A stretch of DNA of 59,495 bases, counting the filler. It is 5 parts of 5 records of this genome, joined end to end, with 100 filler letters (N's around TTAATTAATTAA, not from the genome) between each part and the next. Parts side by side here need not be neighbours in the genome. Positions count along the whole stretch, not along the records: positions 19,399 to 35,700 come from SRR20825006_937; positions 35,801 to 44,938 come from SRR20825006_941; 3 more parts are not named here. One strand, given 5' to 3'. A program made the translations under genes and the position numbers. Of this stretch, positions 28,957-39,715 are shown piece by piece. Position 1 is the first letter of the stretch. Every line of letters begins with the position of its first letter. A model generated the notes under the pieces. That model had not been told where the DNA came from and made no database searches. It was given only the letters and a program-made list of their open reading frames with translations.

Positions 28957-30732
28957 CTACGACTTAGAATAACGTGGATTCGGTTTTCCGTTCGAATTGG
29001 CAGAGCCACCTGACGCTCTGCTATTTCCGTTATTTCTAGGACGACTGTTATCGTCATCATCGTCGCGATCATTCTTTTTAGAGTATTCTAAGGTAGATCG
29101 GTCTAGTTTACCGCTTTCTAGTTCTACGAGTTCGCCTTCACGCTCAAGCACTTCGTCTATCGATTCACCGCGCATAATCACGTCAGTAATGTCAATATCT
29201 GAACCTGCCAGAGTGACTCTGAATTCATTTAGAGAAATAGATTCGTCACTAATAAGTGTAATTTTGAGATGGTGTTTCAACATCCACTGCCATCTTTTGT
29301 TGAACCAACCTTTTAAAAGCATAGATTTCAGGTAAGGGTTCACATAAAGCTCGATTGCACGGTATGCTGAGTTGTGCTTAAAACGGCTTAACCAGGTTTC
29401 AATATCTGTAACAATAGTGTCTTGGCTTACCACATTCCCAGATCCGCCACACATTGGGCAGCTTTTAGAAACAGAATTAAGCACACTTGGACGAATACGT
29501 TGGCGTGTAATCTGTACCAAACCAAAGTCGCTCATTCCCAGCATATTTGTTTTTGCTGGATCTTTTCTGAACTCTTTCTTTAGTTCGTCATAAATCTTCT
29601 TACGGTTTTTATCGTCCTTTAAATCAATAAAATCTACTACAATAATTCCACCGATATCACGCAGACGTAATTGCTTCGCTATCTCTCTAGCAGCGTCTAA
29701 ATTTGTTTTAAGAGAATTATCCTCTTGGCGAGCTTTTGCGGCATATGGGCCAGAGTTAACATCAACAACATACATTGCTTCCGTTTGCTCAAAGATAAGG
29801 TAACCACCCGACTTCATGCGAACACGAGGACTGAAAATCGAGTTTACATCTTCAGAGATTTTAGCGTAATCAAAAATATGTTCTTTGCCTTTGTACTGCT
29901 GAACATTAGGCACCATATTTGGCGCAATTTGGCCAACATAAGACTTAATCTGACGATACATCTTAGGGTCGTCAATAAGTACGCGGTCATAATTCTTAGC
30001 AAAAAGATCGCGAATTAAGCTCTCTGTCATGTCTAAATCACGGTGAAGGAGAGAAGGTGGTTTTGCTGTTTCTAATTTGTCCAGCATGTTTTCCCACTTT
30101 TTCAAAACATCGCGTAAATCGTCTTCGATAGCGCTGTTATCTTGATCTTGAGCAACCGTACGAACAATTACACCAAATCCATCCGGCACCATTTTTGAAA
30201 GGGTGTTTTTAAGACGACGACGTTCTTTGTAATTACTGATTTTTTTAGAAACAGCAATGTAATCGCCCATAGGAATGAGGACAAGAAAACGGCCTGCGAT
30301 AGTAATATCTGTAGAAACGCGAGGACCTTTAGAACCGATAGGTTCTTTAACAATCTGTACGAGTAGTTTCTGTCCGCTCTTAAGCACTTTACCTGCAAGC
30401 ATTTGCTTCTCAGGATTGCTGAGATTCTCTTTGTTGCTTACGTCTTTACGAGCTTGAGGCGGAATGGCATTTGGGCCATTAAGCATGGAAATATAGTCAG
30501 GAAGATGATCTCCAGCGTCAGAAAAGTGCAAGAAAGCATCTTTTGGGGTGCCCATATTAATGAATGCTGCACGAATGCCACTCATTACTTTATGAACTTG
30601 AGCTACATAGATATTACCAACAGTACGCTGGTTTTCTTCTGTTTCTATGAATAATTGTGCTAATTCGCCATCTTCGATTAGCGCTATCCGGTCTTGATTG
30701 CCGGACGAGTGTATGATAATTTGGTTCTTCAT
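28957..30732 (-). CDS. Ribonuclease E/G family endoribonuclease
   Basis: VGNIY S1 domain, KEPIGSKGPR, TEAMYVVDVNSG, RLRDIGGIIVVDFID, CPMCGG. The ATG at 30732 is preferred. Confidence 0.95.
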   Translation of the reverse strand: MKNQIIIHSSGNQDRIALIEDGELAQLFIETEENQRTVGNIYVAQVHKVMSGIRAAFINMGTPKDAFLHFSDAGDHLPDYISMLNGPNAIPPQARKDVSNKENLSNPEKQMLAGKVLKSGQKLLVQIVKEPIGSKGPRVSTDITIAGRFLVLIPMGDYIAVSKKISNYKERRRLKNTLSKMVPDGFGVIVRTVAQDQDNSAIEDDLRDVLKKWENMLDKLETAKPPSLLHRDLDMTESLIRDLFAKNYDRVLIDDPKMYRQIKSYVGQIAPNMVPNVQQYKGKEHIFDYAKISEDVNSIFSPRVRMKSGGYLIFEQTEAMYVVDVNSGPYAAKARQEDNSLKTNLDAAREIAKQLRLRDIGGIIVVDFIDLKDDKNRKKIYDELKKEFRKDPAKTNMLGMSDFGLVQITRQRIRPSVLNSVSKSCPMCGGSGNVVSQDTIVTDIETWLSRFKHNSAYRAIELYVNPYLKSMLLKGWFNKRWQWMLKHHLKITLISDESISLNEFRVTLAGSDIDITDVIMRGESIDEVLEREGELVELESGKLDRSTLEYSKKNDRDDDDDNSRPRNNGNSRASGGSANSNGKPNPRYSKS

Positions 30733-31145
30733 TAAAGTTCTTTTTAGTACGGCCGGTACTTGCGACACAAGCAATCCATCGTCTAATCTTAATCTCTGTA
30801 CTGGGAACGTCCAACTTATTCAGATGTGGACTTGCCGTGATAGGAAAAGCAGTTACGTCGGCCTTAGTTTCTTGAAAATTTGTTGTATTGGGGGTTGATT
30901 CAATTTGTGAATCAAGGCTCAGTTCTCGTTTAGCTAATAAGATAAATAGGGTGCAAAAACTGAGAAAATCGATATAAATATTACCTAGAAGCGTTTTTTG
31001 AGCTTCTTGTAAAGTCTTTGTTTGATATATATTCTGTGCGTAAAGCAAAAATGTAAAAATGTAAAATCTCTTAATTTGTATATCGATTCAATGTTAGTCA
31101 ATATACATTAGAAAGAGCTAGGATAAAACGCCTAAATAGCAAAAT

Positions 31146-32414
31146 TTAATTAGCTTCTATTCTTTTAATTTTTGCTCCAACAGCCGTTAATTTTTGTTCC
31201 AGCGATTCGTAGCCTCTATCGAGATGGTAAACTCGTAACACTTCTGTAGTGTTTTCTGCTACCATTGCAGCTAATACTAAACTTACGCTGGCTCTTAAAT
31301 CTGTACTCATTACAGAAGCACCTTCAAGTGGTGTTTTTCCTGTAATGTGGACGGTATTTTTATCCAAATACATGGAAGCACCTAAACGTGTGAGCTCAGG
31401 AACGTAGCTAAAGCGATCGTAATAAACGTTGTCGGTAACTGTGGAATCACCATTAGCTTGAGTTAGCATGGTTGCCCATTGGGCTTGCATATCGGTAGGG
31501 AAACCAGGATAGATTTCGGCTTCAATAGAAACAGGCTTCAATTCTTTGGGTGCCTTAACATGGATAGTTGTGCCATCAATGGTAATTTTTGTACCTGTTT
31601 TCTCCAGCATTTTGGTAAATGTACCAAGTTGCTCTGGGTTGCAACCAGTGAGTGTCAGTTCTGACTCTGGATGCATAGTTCCCATAATCATAAAAGTGCC
31701 AAGTTCGATACGATCAGGGTCGTTACTAACTTCAACACCTTGAAGTGATTCAACACCGTAAATGGTAAGAGAATCAGTTCCAATGCCTTCAATTCGAGCG
31801 CCCATTTTTACTAGAAAATTGCAAAGCTGAACTACATCAGGTTCTTTCGCTGCATTATTAATGGTGAATTTTTGGCTTCGCAAAGCTGAAGCTAAAATCA
31901 AATTCACGGTAGCACCAACACTACTAGGCTCGAGAGTGAAAGAAGCAGGCTTGAGATTCTTTTCTGCTTTGGCAATTACATATCCTTTATCCAAGTCGAT
32001 ATCAATTCCCATGGCCTTCATACCTTTGAGATGTAAATCTACAGGGCGAGGACCCCACGCGCAGCCACCAGGTAAGGAAACTTTTGCGTAGCCATGTTTA
32101 CCAACTAAAGCGCCAAGCATATAAAATGAAGCACGCATTTTACGCACCAGATCGTAAGGAGCTTCTAAATGAGCTGCATTAGATGGGTCGATAACAAGCT
32201 TATTTTCTTGATCATGAAAATCTACTTTAGCACCAACAACACGCAATACGTTGTTGAAGGTATAAATATCTTGTAAACGGGGAATGTTATGAATGATACT
32301 TGGCGTATCTGCTAATAATGATGCTGCCATAAGAGGTAATGCAGCGTTTTTTGATCCACTAATTGCGATGGTACCTTTTAAGGGCGCGCCACCTTCGATT
32401 ACAAATTTATCCAA
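31146..32414 (-). CDS. murA: UDP-N-acetylglucosamine 1-carboxyvinyltransferase
   Basis: SGSKNAALP, RKMRAS, LPGGCAWGPRP, YPGFPTDMQ, HLDRGYE. Confidence 0.98.
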   Translation of the reverse strand: MDKFVIEGGAPLKGTIAISGSKNAALPLMAASLLADTPSIIHNIPRLQDIYTFNNVLRVVGAKVDFHDQENKLVIDPSNAAHLEAPYDLVRKMRASFYMLGALVGKHGYAKVSLPGGCAWGPRPVDLHLKGMKAMGIDIDLDKGYVIAKAEKNLKPASFTLEPSSVGATVNLILASALRSQKFTINNAAKEPDVVQLCNFLVKMGARIEGIGTDSLTIYGVESLQGVEVSNDPDRIELGTFMIMGTMHPESELTLTGCNPEQLGTFTKMLEKTGTKITIDGTTIHVKAPKELKPVSIEAEIYPGFPTDMQAQWATMLTQANGDSTVTDNVYYDRFSYVPELTRLGASMYLDKNTVHITGKTPLEGASVMSTDLRASVSLVLAAMVAENTTEVLRVYHLDRGYESLEQKLTAVGAKIKRIEAN

Positions 32415-32913
32415 CGGTTTCTATCTCCAATATAATTGTGTTTTTTTCTAACGATTGCCCTACTTCCACTGAAATACTAGAAATAACTCCATCAACGGGT
32501 GACTTCAGCTCATTTTCCATTTTCATTGCTTCAAGTATAACTAAAGGCTGTGCTTTGGTAACGCTATCACCCTCGGCAATAAGAATGTCTAAGATTTTCC
32601 CAGGCATTGGGGCTTTAAGTACTCCTTCAGCAACCGCATTTCCGGTTTTGAAACCCAGCTTATCAAGCAAGAGTTCTTGGTCGTCTTTAACATTCACTTT
32701 ATGCCAGCTTCCATTTATCGAAAATTCAATATCAGAGCCATCGTAAGTTACATTATCTATTTTGTAGAGCTTTGTTCCTGTGCGCAGTAAAAATCTTCCA
32801 TTTTGTTGAGTAAACTCAAAATCTCCAGTTAACTCACCAACACTAAAAGTCTGTTCTTTTTCGGAAATTTCTATTTCAAGAGGCTCTTCGGATACTGTTG
32901 CTTCAAACTTCAT
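32407..32913 (-). CDS. Biotin carboxyl carrier protein (acyl-CoA carboxylase subunit)
   Basis: KAPMPGKI, EAMKMENE biotinylation motif. Confidence 0.92.
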   Translation of the reverse strand: MKFEATVSEEPLEIEISEKEQTFSVGELTGDFEFTQQNGRFLLRTGTKLYKIDNVTYDGSDIEFSINGSWHKVNVKDDQELLLDKLGFKTGNAVAEGVLKAPMPGKILDILIAEGDSVTKAQPLVILEAMKMENELKSPVDGVISSISVEVGQSLEKNTIILEIETVG

Positions 32914-33179
32914 ACTTGCACGTTGGTTAAAACTTTAAGGCCAATTTTGGTCGCTCTGAACGTACATTCTTTTATGTTGTCACTATCAAAATAAGTCATC
33001 GAAGAGTCATCGGTTGGATCTAGATTTATGACTTCAATAAAGCGATAATTCACTAAGTTAATGAGGTCGTCTCTAAGAGTGCCATACGGAAATTCCGTTT
33101 CTTCCATAATCACATCAAATGACTCTGGAAAAATTAAACTCTCAACAATTTTTCGTTCAGATGGGGTTAACTTTCTCAT
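32910..33179 (-). CDS. Small hypothetical protein (possible winged helix)
   Basis: ATG start; 4-nt overlap with the next gene. Confidence 0.65.
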   Translation of the reverse strand: MRKLTPSERKIVESLIFPESFDVIMEETEFPYGTLRDDLINLVNYRFIEVINLDPTDDSSMTYFDSDNIKECTFRATKIGLKVLTNVQV

Positions 33180-33215
33180 AGATGAAGATAGAACCGCTAT
33201 TAAAATATCACAAGT

Positions 33216-33725
33216 TTACTCAACAAGAATATCGCCATAAGATATTAGGCGCTGGTTGAAGTCGAATAGAAAGATTCGGTGTAATCCTTTGGCAGATTCT
33301 GGTGTGTTAAACTGCCCTAAAGTTAATGGATCAATCTGGAATGTTGAGAGTCCAATTGGCAAAGGATTGTCAAAACTGGAGTAAATATTTCGCCAAGTAT
33401 TATCATCAAAACGAATTTGAATATCCAGACCATTAACAGGTTGAACGCCAGTAACACTAATTTCGAAATTGAGATTGCTACCAAGTTGCGCAGGGTTTGG
33501 GTACGGTGGAGAATATGTAGGCTGAATTTCTACTAGTCCTTGATAAAAAGGAGAAATCCGCCAGTCGTCTGGGTCGGTATTGGTAATTTCCCCTTGAATA
33601 TTAGTATAGGTTATATTTGATGGCGAACGATAGGCTTCGTTTTCAAAATCTCGCTGTTCTTTATTTCCTGAGCATGCAAAAAGCGTAGAAATAGTTAGTA
33701 ATAAAAGAAAATGAATGGACTTCAT
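33216..33725 (-). CDS. Hypothetical lipoprotein
   Basis: LFAC lipobox; PYPNP Ig-like motif. Confidence 0.75.
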   Translation of the reverse strand: MKSIHFLLLLTISTLFACSGNKEQRDFENEAYRSPSNITYTNIQGEITNTDPDDWRISPFYQGLVEIQPTYSPPYPNPAQLGSNLNFEISVTGVQPVNGLDIQIRFDDNTWRNIYSSFDNPLPIGLSTFQIDPLTLGQFNTPESAKGLHRIFLFDFNQRLISYGDILVE

Positions 33726-33820
33726 GAAAAAAGGAGTTCTAATGTTGGAAGTCGGTTCGTAATTGAAACGACAAACCGTATCTTAATGTTCAAAATACGA
33801 AACATAATTGTTGAAATGCC

Positions 33821-34180
33821 ATGCTGCATGTAATAGGAATAAAAAATTGTGATACTGTTAAAAAAGCTAGGGCTTGGTTAGCAGAAAATGACGTTGAGTA
33901 TGAATTTGTGGACCTGAAAAAAGAGCCACTAAATATAGATGAGCTCAAAGAACTCGAGTTTAAAGTAGGTTTAGATGTACTTGTAAACCGTAGAGGTACT
34001 ACTTACCGTAAGTTGGAACTTAAAGACAAAACCTTGACGGACGAAGAGATGCTAAACGTGTTACTCGAGAATCAATCGATGATAAAGCGTCCGGTTCTTG
34101 TGAAAGACGAAGCCGTACTTGTGGGTTTTGATGAGCAAGCATTTGAAGGTTTTGTGCTTGATGAGCCTGAAGAAGATTGA
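33821..34180 (+). CDS. ArsC/Spx (YffB-like) family protein
   Basis: GIKNCDTVKKA, NRRGTTYR, MIKRPVL. Confidence 0.92.
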   Translation: MLHVIGIKNCDTVKKARAWLAENDVEYEFVDLKKEPLNIDELKELEFKVGLDVLVNRRGTTYRKLELKDKTLTDEEMLNVLLENQSMIKRPVLVKDEAVLVGFDEQAFEGFVLDEPEED

Positions 34181-35016
34181 GCAATAAAAGAAAAGAAAAA
34201 GGGATTAACTCCGTTTCGCATTATATGAAATATTGGCTACTTGTTTTTTTATTGATTCCTGTTGCTGCTACCGCACAAAATCCTTTTCCTTCCCAAAAAG
34301 AGATAAATCCTACGTTAGAAGAGATTTTCTCCGTTAAAGAAACTTTTCGCTATGAAGTGAAATATGGCTTTCTAAAGCTAGGGTGGGTGGAAGTGAGCTT
34401 GTTGAGCGATACGCTATTCGACGGAAGCATAAAAAAACACATGTATACCGATATTCGCTCAAACCCCAGAATTCCTTTAGTGGGAACGGAAATCGATCAA
34501 TTCCATTCAATCTTTTATGTAAACGAAGATGGACTTCCGGTAACCTCAACATATTGGAAGGACAATGTAGACGAAGATAAATACGATGAAATTCGCTACA
34601 ACTTTGACCGTGAAAATGGGGTAGTGACTTACAAAGAAGAAGACGACACCCGAGATACATTAAAACTGGTTGAACCAGCTACGGCAGGTCACGTTATCTT
34701 TTATTTTTCACGGTTATTTGCAGGAAGCGACTCGACGGTCACCTTGCCAGTTTATGTAACCAAGCGAAGTGGAACTATCGTGATGAAAAATCCATCCAAA
34801 AAAGAAATTCGAAATTATGCAGCTTTCGATGAGCCTGTTGAAGCGTATCTGACCACAGGAAAAACTATAAATATTGACGGGCCATTTGGCTTTTCAGGAG
34901 ATTTTAGAGCGTGGTTTTTAGCCGATGACTTGCGTGTGCCTCTCGAGGCGCGTGTTAAAGTACTTTTTGGGAATGCCATTGTTCGATTAATAGAATATAA
35001 ACGAGAAGATTTATGA
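34177..35016 (+). CDS. DUF3108-like exported protein
   Basis: [15 protein letters not shown] and W...D..RVP motifs; signal peptide after the Met near 34225. Confidence 0.75.
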   Translation: MSNKRKEKGINSVSHYMKYWLLVFLLIPVAATAQNPFPSQKEINPTLEEIFSVKETFRYEVKYGFLKLGWVEVSLLSDTLFDGSIKKHMYTDIRSNPRIPLVGTEIDQFHSIFYVNEDGLPVTSTYWKDNVDEDKYDEIRYNFDRENGVVTYKEEDDTRDTLKLVEPATAGHVIFYFSRLFAGSDSTVTLPVYVTKRSGTIVMKNPSKKEIRNYAAFDEPVEAYLTTGKTINIDGPFGFSGDFRAWFLADDLRVPLEARVKVLFGNAIVRLIEYKREDL

Positions 35017-35459
35017 GCGAAATTAGATTTAAAAGATTACCACACGCTAAAGATTTAGCATTACCTAGCTACGAAACACCTTCATCTGCAGGAATGGATA
35101 TCCGCGCAGCTGTGGAAGAACCAGTTGTGATTAAACCCGGTGATCGATTTCTAATCCCAACAGGACTTCAAATGGCAATTCCTGTAGGCTTTGAAGCGCA
35201 GATTCGCCCAAGAAGTGGACTTGCTATCAAACAAGGGATTACGATGTTAAACTCGCCAGGAACTATTGACGCAGATTACCGTGGCGAAGTGAAAGTAATT
35301 GCTATCAATCATGGTAGCGAAGATTTTGTGGTGAATTTCGGAGATAGAATCGCACAGATGGTTATTGCTCCCGTTACCCAGTTTCCCGTTGTTGAAGTTC
35401 AAGAACTAGATGAAACTCAAAGGGGAGAAGGCGGTTTCGGAAGTACGGGTGTGAAGTGA
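35013..35459 (+). CDS. dut: dUTP diphosphatase
   Basis: [36 protein letters not shown]. Confidence 0.98.
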   Translation: MSEIRFKRLPHAKDLALPSYETPSSAGMDIRAAVEEPVVIKPGDRFLIPTGLQMAIPVGFEAQIRPRSGLAIKQGITMLNSPGTIDADYRGEVKVIAINHGSEDFVVNFGDRIAQMVIAPVTQFPVVEVQELDETQRGEGGFGSTGVK

Positions 35460-35700
35460 TTTTGGGAAATTAGGGGATAGTTATTAGTGGTGTACAAGCG
35501 AGGTGCTTGCACAAGGTTGGGTTAGATAATTCGGTGAGCATTTCGGTTTGCTTAAAACCTTCCGTCATCCAGAGGAGACTTCCGAAGGATCTTCGAATAT
35601 CTTAAGAAACCATTGCTTTTTTAGGTGGCTAATCTCAAAAAAAGCCACCACACCTGAGCAGTTAAGGACACGGGTCTAGAATCACAACACAGCCATCACT

Positions 35701-35800
35701 NNNNNNNNNNNNNNNNNNNNNNNNNNNNNNNNNNNNNNNNNNNNTTAATTAATTAANNNNNNNNNNNNNNNNNNNNNNNNNNNNNNNNNNNNNNNNNNNN
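35701..35800. other. Artificial contig linker
   Basis: 44 N + TTAATTAATTAA + 44 N. Confidence 0.99.
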
Positions 35801-35802
35801 GT

Positions 35803-36087
35803 GTTGAAGGAAAAGAAATTACTATTGTAGATGGTGGAAAAGAATTTCACTTTACAATGACTAAAGATTACGACAACATTCTCGATGCAGCACTTGGCGC
35901 AGGTGCAGATTTACCTTTCGCCTGTAAAGGTGGTGTTTGTAGCACGTGTAAATGTGAGGTAAAAGAAGGAAGTGTCGAGATGAAGATAAATTATGCATTA
36001 GATGATAAGGAAGTATCTCAAAATTTAGTGCTTAGCTGCCAAGCTGTTCCAACAAGTGATAAAGTAACTGTCGATTTCGACGTATAA
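35803..36087 (+). CDS. paaE: Phenylacetyl-CoA epoxidase reductase subunit, C-terminal 2Fe-2S domain (5'-partial)
   Basis: LPFACKGGVCSTC...LSCQA; directly precedes paaA. Confidence 0.9.
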   Translation, partial: VEGKEITIVDGGKEFHFTMTKDYDNILDAALGAGADLPFACKGGVCSTCKCEVKEGSVEMKINYALDDKEVSQNLVLSCQAVPTSDKVTVDFDV

Positions 36088-36097
36088 ATAAAATATT

Positions 36098-37054
36098 ATG
36101 AGCAACGCAGAAATAAAGAATTTAGAAGACATCTTTGAGCAACGCATTGCCAATGATGAAAAAATTGAACCAAAAGATTGGATGCCAGAAAAGTATCGAA
36201 AGACACACATTAGGCAAATGTCTCAGCACGCACATTCTGAAATCGTTGGAATGCTTCCTGAAGGTAATTGGATTTCACGTGCACCTTCATTAAGACGCAA
36301 AGTTGCGTTATTAGCAAAAGTGCAAGATGAAGCTGGTCACGGCTTATACTTATACAGCGCTTGTGAAACTTTAGGTGTGTCTAGAGAAGAATTATACCGT
36401 CAACTACATTCTGGTGAAGCAAAATATTCTTCAATCTTCAACTATCCAACATTAACTTGGGCAGATATGGGTGCGATTGGCTGGTTGGTTGATGGCGCAG
36501 CGATTATTAATCAAGTGCCATTGTGTAACACATCATATGGACCATATGCAAGAGCAATGGTGCGCGTGTGTAAAGAGGAAAGCTTTCACCAACGCCAAGG
36601 ATATGAAATCATGCTTTCACTTTGTAATGGAACTCCAGAACAAAAAGAAATGGCGCAAGATGCATTGAACAGATGGTGGTGGCCAAGCTTGATGATGTTA
36701 GGCCCAACAGATGATGCTTCAGTACATACAGAACAATCTATGAAATGGAAGCTGAAACGTAAAACCAACGATGAACTACGTCAGCAATTTATTGATCAAA
36801 CCGTTCCTCAAGCAGATATTTTAGGACTAACTATTCCAGACCCAGATTTAAAATTTAATGAAGAGACAGGAAGCTATGACTTTGGAGAGATAGATTGGGA
36901 TGAATTCTGGCAAGTTGTAAAAGGTCACGGTCCTTGTAATAAAGAACGCATGAACGCCAGAGTTAATGCTTGGAATGAAGGCGAATGGGTGCGCGATGCA
37001 GCTGTTGCCTATGCAGAAAAACAAGAAAATAAAAAAGTAGCGAAAGCAAGTTAA
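36098..37054 (+). CDS. paaA: Phenylacetyl-CoA epoxidase subunit A
   Basis: [33 protein letters not shown]. Confidence 0.98.
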   Translation: MSNAEIKNLEDIFEQRIANDEKIEPKDWMPEKYRKTHIRQMSQHAHSEIVGMLPEGNWISRAPSLRRKVALLAKVQDEAGHGLYLYSACETLGVSREELYRQLHSGEAKYSSIFNYPTLTWADMGAIGWLVDGAAIINQVPLCNTSYGPYARAMVRVCKEESFHQRQGYEIMLSLCNGTPEQKEMAQDALNRWWWPSLMMLGPTDDASVHTEQSMKWKLKRKTNDELRQQFIDQTVPQADILGLTIPDPDLKFNEETGSYDFGEIDWDEFWQVVKGHGPCNKERMNARVNAWNEGEWVRDAAVAYAEKQENKKVAKAS

Positions 37055-37057
37055 GAT

Positions 37058-37348
37058 ATGAGCACTAAGAAAAATTGGCCCGTTTGGGAAATCTTCGTGA
37101 GAAGTAAAAATGGATTAGAACACCGTCACTTTGGAAGCCTTCACGCAGCAGATGCAGAAATGGCTTTAGCGAATGCGCGTGACGTTTACACAAGACGTAG
37201 CGAAGGCGTAAGCATTTGGGTTGTAAAGAGTCAACACATTACAGCGTCTAACCCAGACAATAATGGTGAGCTATTCGAGCCGGCACAAGACAAAGTGTAC
37301 CGTCATCCAACATTTTACGATTTACCAGACGACGTGAAGCATATGTAA
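37058..37348 (+). CDS. paaB: Phenylacetyl-CoA epoxidase subunit B
   Basis: GSLHAAD, NARDVYTRR, KVYRHPTFY. Confidence 0.98.
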   Translation: MSTKKNWPVWEIFVRSKNGLEHRHFGSLHAADAEMALANARDVYTRRSEGVSIWVVKSQHITASNPDNNGELFEPAQDKVYRHPTFYDLPDDVKHM

Positions 37349-37356
37349 CACTAGGT

Positions 37357-37418
37357 GTCACCCTGAATTTACTTCAGGGTCTTTTCCAATTTTGTCATTC
37401 CTGCGTAGGCAGGAATCC
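37357..37418. repeat. Two GTCA-footed REP hairpins
   Basis: GTCACCCTGAA-TTTAC-TTCAGGGTC and GTCATTCCTGC-GTAG-GCAGGAATCC. Confidence 0.85.
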
Positions 37419-37448
37419 ACTACTTACTAAATATTTGAACATTCTGAA

Positions 37449-38210
37449 ATGGCTATCAAAAACGACATTTTAATAAATTATATCCTCGGCATCGCCGATA
37501 ACTCACTCATCCTTGGGCAACGTCTAGGAACCTTAACTGGTCACGGACCAAGTTTAGAGACAGACATCGCTTGCACTAACATTTCATTAGACTTGTTCGG
37601 ACAGGTTCGTGGTTACTACCAATATGCTGCCGATTTATCTGAAGAGGACAAAACTGAAGATGATTTCGCGTTTCTCAGAAAAGAACGTGATTATAAAAAT
37701 GTGCTTTTGGTTGAGCAACCAAACCGAGATTTCGCTTACGTCATCGCAAGACAGTATTTGTTTGATGTTTTCCACATTTTACAAATGCAAGAACTTCAAA
37801 ATAGTAAAGATGAAAACTTAGCAGCAATTGCTAAGAAAGGCATTAAAGAAGTGAACTATCACGTGCGATTTTCTGGAGATTGGATGAAACGTCTAGGCGA
37901 TGGAACTGAAGAAAGCCATAATAAAATTCAGGAAGCCGTGAATAATCTTTGGGGTTATACCAATGAATTATTTATGATGACTGAAGCAGATAAAGAAGCT
38001 TCGGAAGCTGGTATCGGTGTAGATGTTTCAAAACTAAAAAACACCTATTACAATCGCGTTGAGAATCTTCTGAAAGAAGCAACTATCGAAACCCCTGAAA
38101 GTAAATACTGGCAAAAAGGTGGCAAAGAAGGTATTCATACAGAACATCTTGGTTATCTATTGAGCGATATGCAGTATATGCAACGCACCTATCCTAATAT
38201 GAAATGGTGA
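37449..38210 (+). CDS. paaC: Phenylacetyl-CoA epoxidase subunit C
   Basis: ADNSLILGQRL, KEVNYH, RLGDGTEES, YMQRTYP. Confidence 0.97.
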   Translation: MAIKNDILINYILGIADNSLILGQRLGTLTGHGPSLETDIACTNISLDLFGQVRGYYQYAADLSEEDKTEDDFAFLRKERDYKNVLLVEQPNRDFAYVIARQYLFDVFHILQMQELQNSKDENLAAIAKKGIKEVNYHVRFSGDWMKRLGDGTEESHNKIQEAVNNLWGYTNELFMMTEADKEASEAGIGVDVSKLKNTYYNRVENLLKEATIETPESKYWQKGGKEGIHTEHLGYLLSDMQYMQRTYPNMKW

Positions 38211-38213
38211 TAA

Positions 38214-38233
38214 ATTCCTGCGAAAGCAGGAAT
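38214..38233. repeat. REP hairpin
   Basis: ATTCCTGC-GAAA-GCAGGAAT. Confidence 0.85.
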
Positions 38234-38259
38234 CTCTAAAGATTCAGAAAATAAGGGCA

Positions 38260-38769
38260 ATGAAAACTCTCACTGAGGAACCTCACATAAACAAAAAACT
38301 TATAGACATTTTAGAGTCGGTTTCCGATCCTGAAGTGCCAGTACTTTCAATTTTAGATTTAGGTGTTGTTCGTTATGCAGATTTTGAAGACGACGGAAAA
38401 GTTTCAGTAAAAATCACACCAACATATAGCGGTTGTCCAGCAATGGATGTTATTGGTGACGACATTGAAAAAGCATTGACAGAAGCCGGTTACAAATCAA
38501 AAGTAAAATTGATTCTTTCACCAGCTTGGACCACAGATTGGATGAGCGAGAATGGCAAGAGAAAACTCGAAGAGTACGGCATCGCGCCACCAATGGACGC
38601 CACAGCAGACAAAGCTGCTTTACTAGGAAATGCCAAAATCGTAAAATGTACCAATTGTGGAAGTACGAACACACATTTGGTAAGTCAGTTTGGCTCAACG
38701 GCTTGCAAAGCAATGTTTAAATGTGACGATTGCCAAGAGCCGTTCGACTATTTTAAATGTTTAACCTAA
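38260..38769 (+). CDS. paaD: Phenylacetyl-CoA epoxidase subunit D
   Basis: DPEVP, TPTYSGCPAM, AWTTDW, FGSTACKA, CQEPFDYFKC. Confidence 0.97.
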   Translation: MKTLTEEPHINKKLIDILESVSDPEVPVLSILDLGVVRYADFEDDGKVSVKITPTYSGCPAMDVIGDDIEKALTEAGYKSKVKLILSPAWTTDWMSENGKRKLEEYGIAPPMDATADKAALLGNAKIVKCTNCGSTNTHLVSQFGSTACKAMFKCDDCQEPFDYFKCLT

Positions 38770-38910
38770 TTCCTGCGTAGGCAGGAATCTCTATGTTAGA
38801 AACGAGAACTTTAAAATATAAGCTCGCCGTCATTCTGAATTCGTTTCAGAATCACATTATACTATTCAAAATTTGAAAAATAAGAGAACCTGAATCAAGT
38901 TCAGGTTGAC
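38769..38910. repeat. REP hairpin plus inverted REP doublet (REPIN-like)
   Basis: ATTCCTGCGTAGGCAGGAAT (38769-38788); GTCATTCTGAA..TTCAGAATC (38829) paired with ACCTGAA..TTCAGGTTGAC (to 38910). Confidence 0.85.
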
Positions 38911-38924
38911 AAAAAAAAAGAAAT

Positions 38925-39710
38925 ATGACCGACCAACCCATAATAAAAACCATAAACGGAAACGTTGCTACACTAAAGCTAAACCGACCAAAAGGTTTTA
39001 ATAGTTTTAATCGTGAGATGGCGTTGCTGTTTCAAGATGAACTAAAAGCTTGTGATAAGGATGACAGCATTCGTGCGATTCTTATAACAGGTGAAGGCAA
39101 AGCATTTTGTGCTGGTCAAGACTTGAAGGAAGTTACAACTCCAGAATTAAATCCAGGCTTCAAAAAAATTCTTAAAGAACATTACAATCCAATTATTGAA
39201 TTGATTCGCAATATTGAAAAACCAATAGTTTGTGCCGTAAATGGCGTTGCAGCTGGCGCTGGTGCGAACATTGCTTTGGCTTGTGATATTGTTATTGCTT
39301 CAGAACACGCTAGTTTTATACAAGCGTTTAGTAAAATTGGCTTGGTGCCAGATAGCGCTGGAACCTTCTTTTTACCAAGGTTAATCGGCTTTCAAAAAGC
39401 TTCAGCATTAATGATGTTAGGTGATAAAGTTTCAGCTAAAGAAGCAGATGAACTGGGAATGATATACAAAGTTTTTTCTGCAGAAGACTATTTCTCTGAA
39501 GCTGAAAAAACTGCTCAGACATTATCTAAAATGCCTACCAAAGCATTGGGAATGACAAAGCGTTTGCTCAACCAATCAATGACCAATACACTTACTGAAC
39601 AACTAGAGTTAGAAGGCAAGCTACAAATTGAAGCTGCCCAAAGCGAAGATTACGCAGAAGGTGTGGATGCGTTTGTGAATAAGCGCAAACCAGAATTTAA
39701 AGGCAGATAA
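38925..39710 (+). CDS. paaG: Epoxyphenylacetyl-CoA isomerase (crotonase family)
   Basis: AFCAGQDL, VNGVAAGAGAN, FSKIGLVPD. Confidence 0.93.
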   Translation: MTDQPIIKTINGNVATLKLNRPKGFNSFNREMALLFQDELKACDKDDSIRAILITGEGKAFCAGQDLKEVTTPELNPGFKKILKEHYNPIIELIRNIEKPIVCAVNGVAAGAGANIALACDIVIASEHASFIQAFSKIGLVPDSAGTFFLPRLIGFQKASALMMLGDKVSAKEADELGMIYKVFSAEDYFSEAEKTAQTLSKMPTKALGMTKRLLNQSMTNTLTEQLELEGKLQIEAAQSEDYAEGVDAFVNKRKPEFKGR

Positions 39711-39715
39711 ATAAT

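Noticed and set aside
31048-31068. AAAAATGT short tandem repeat after murA
   Set aside because: About 2.5 low-complexity copies with no clear inverted partner.
37349-38910. CRISPR array
   Set aside because: The palindromes are separated by whole genes rather than regular spacers, and there are no cas genes.
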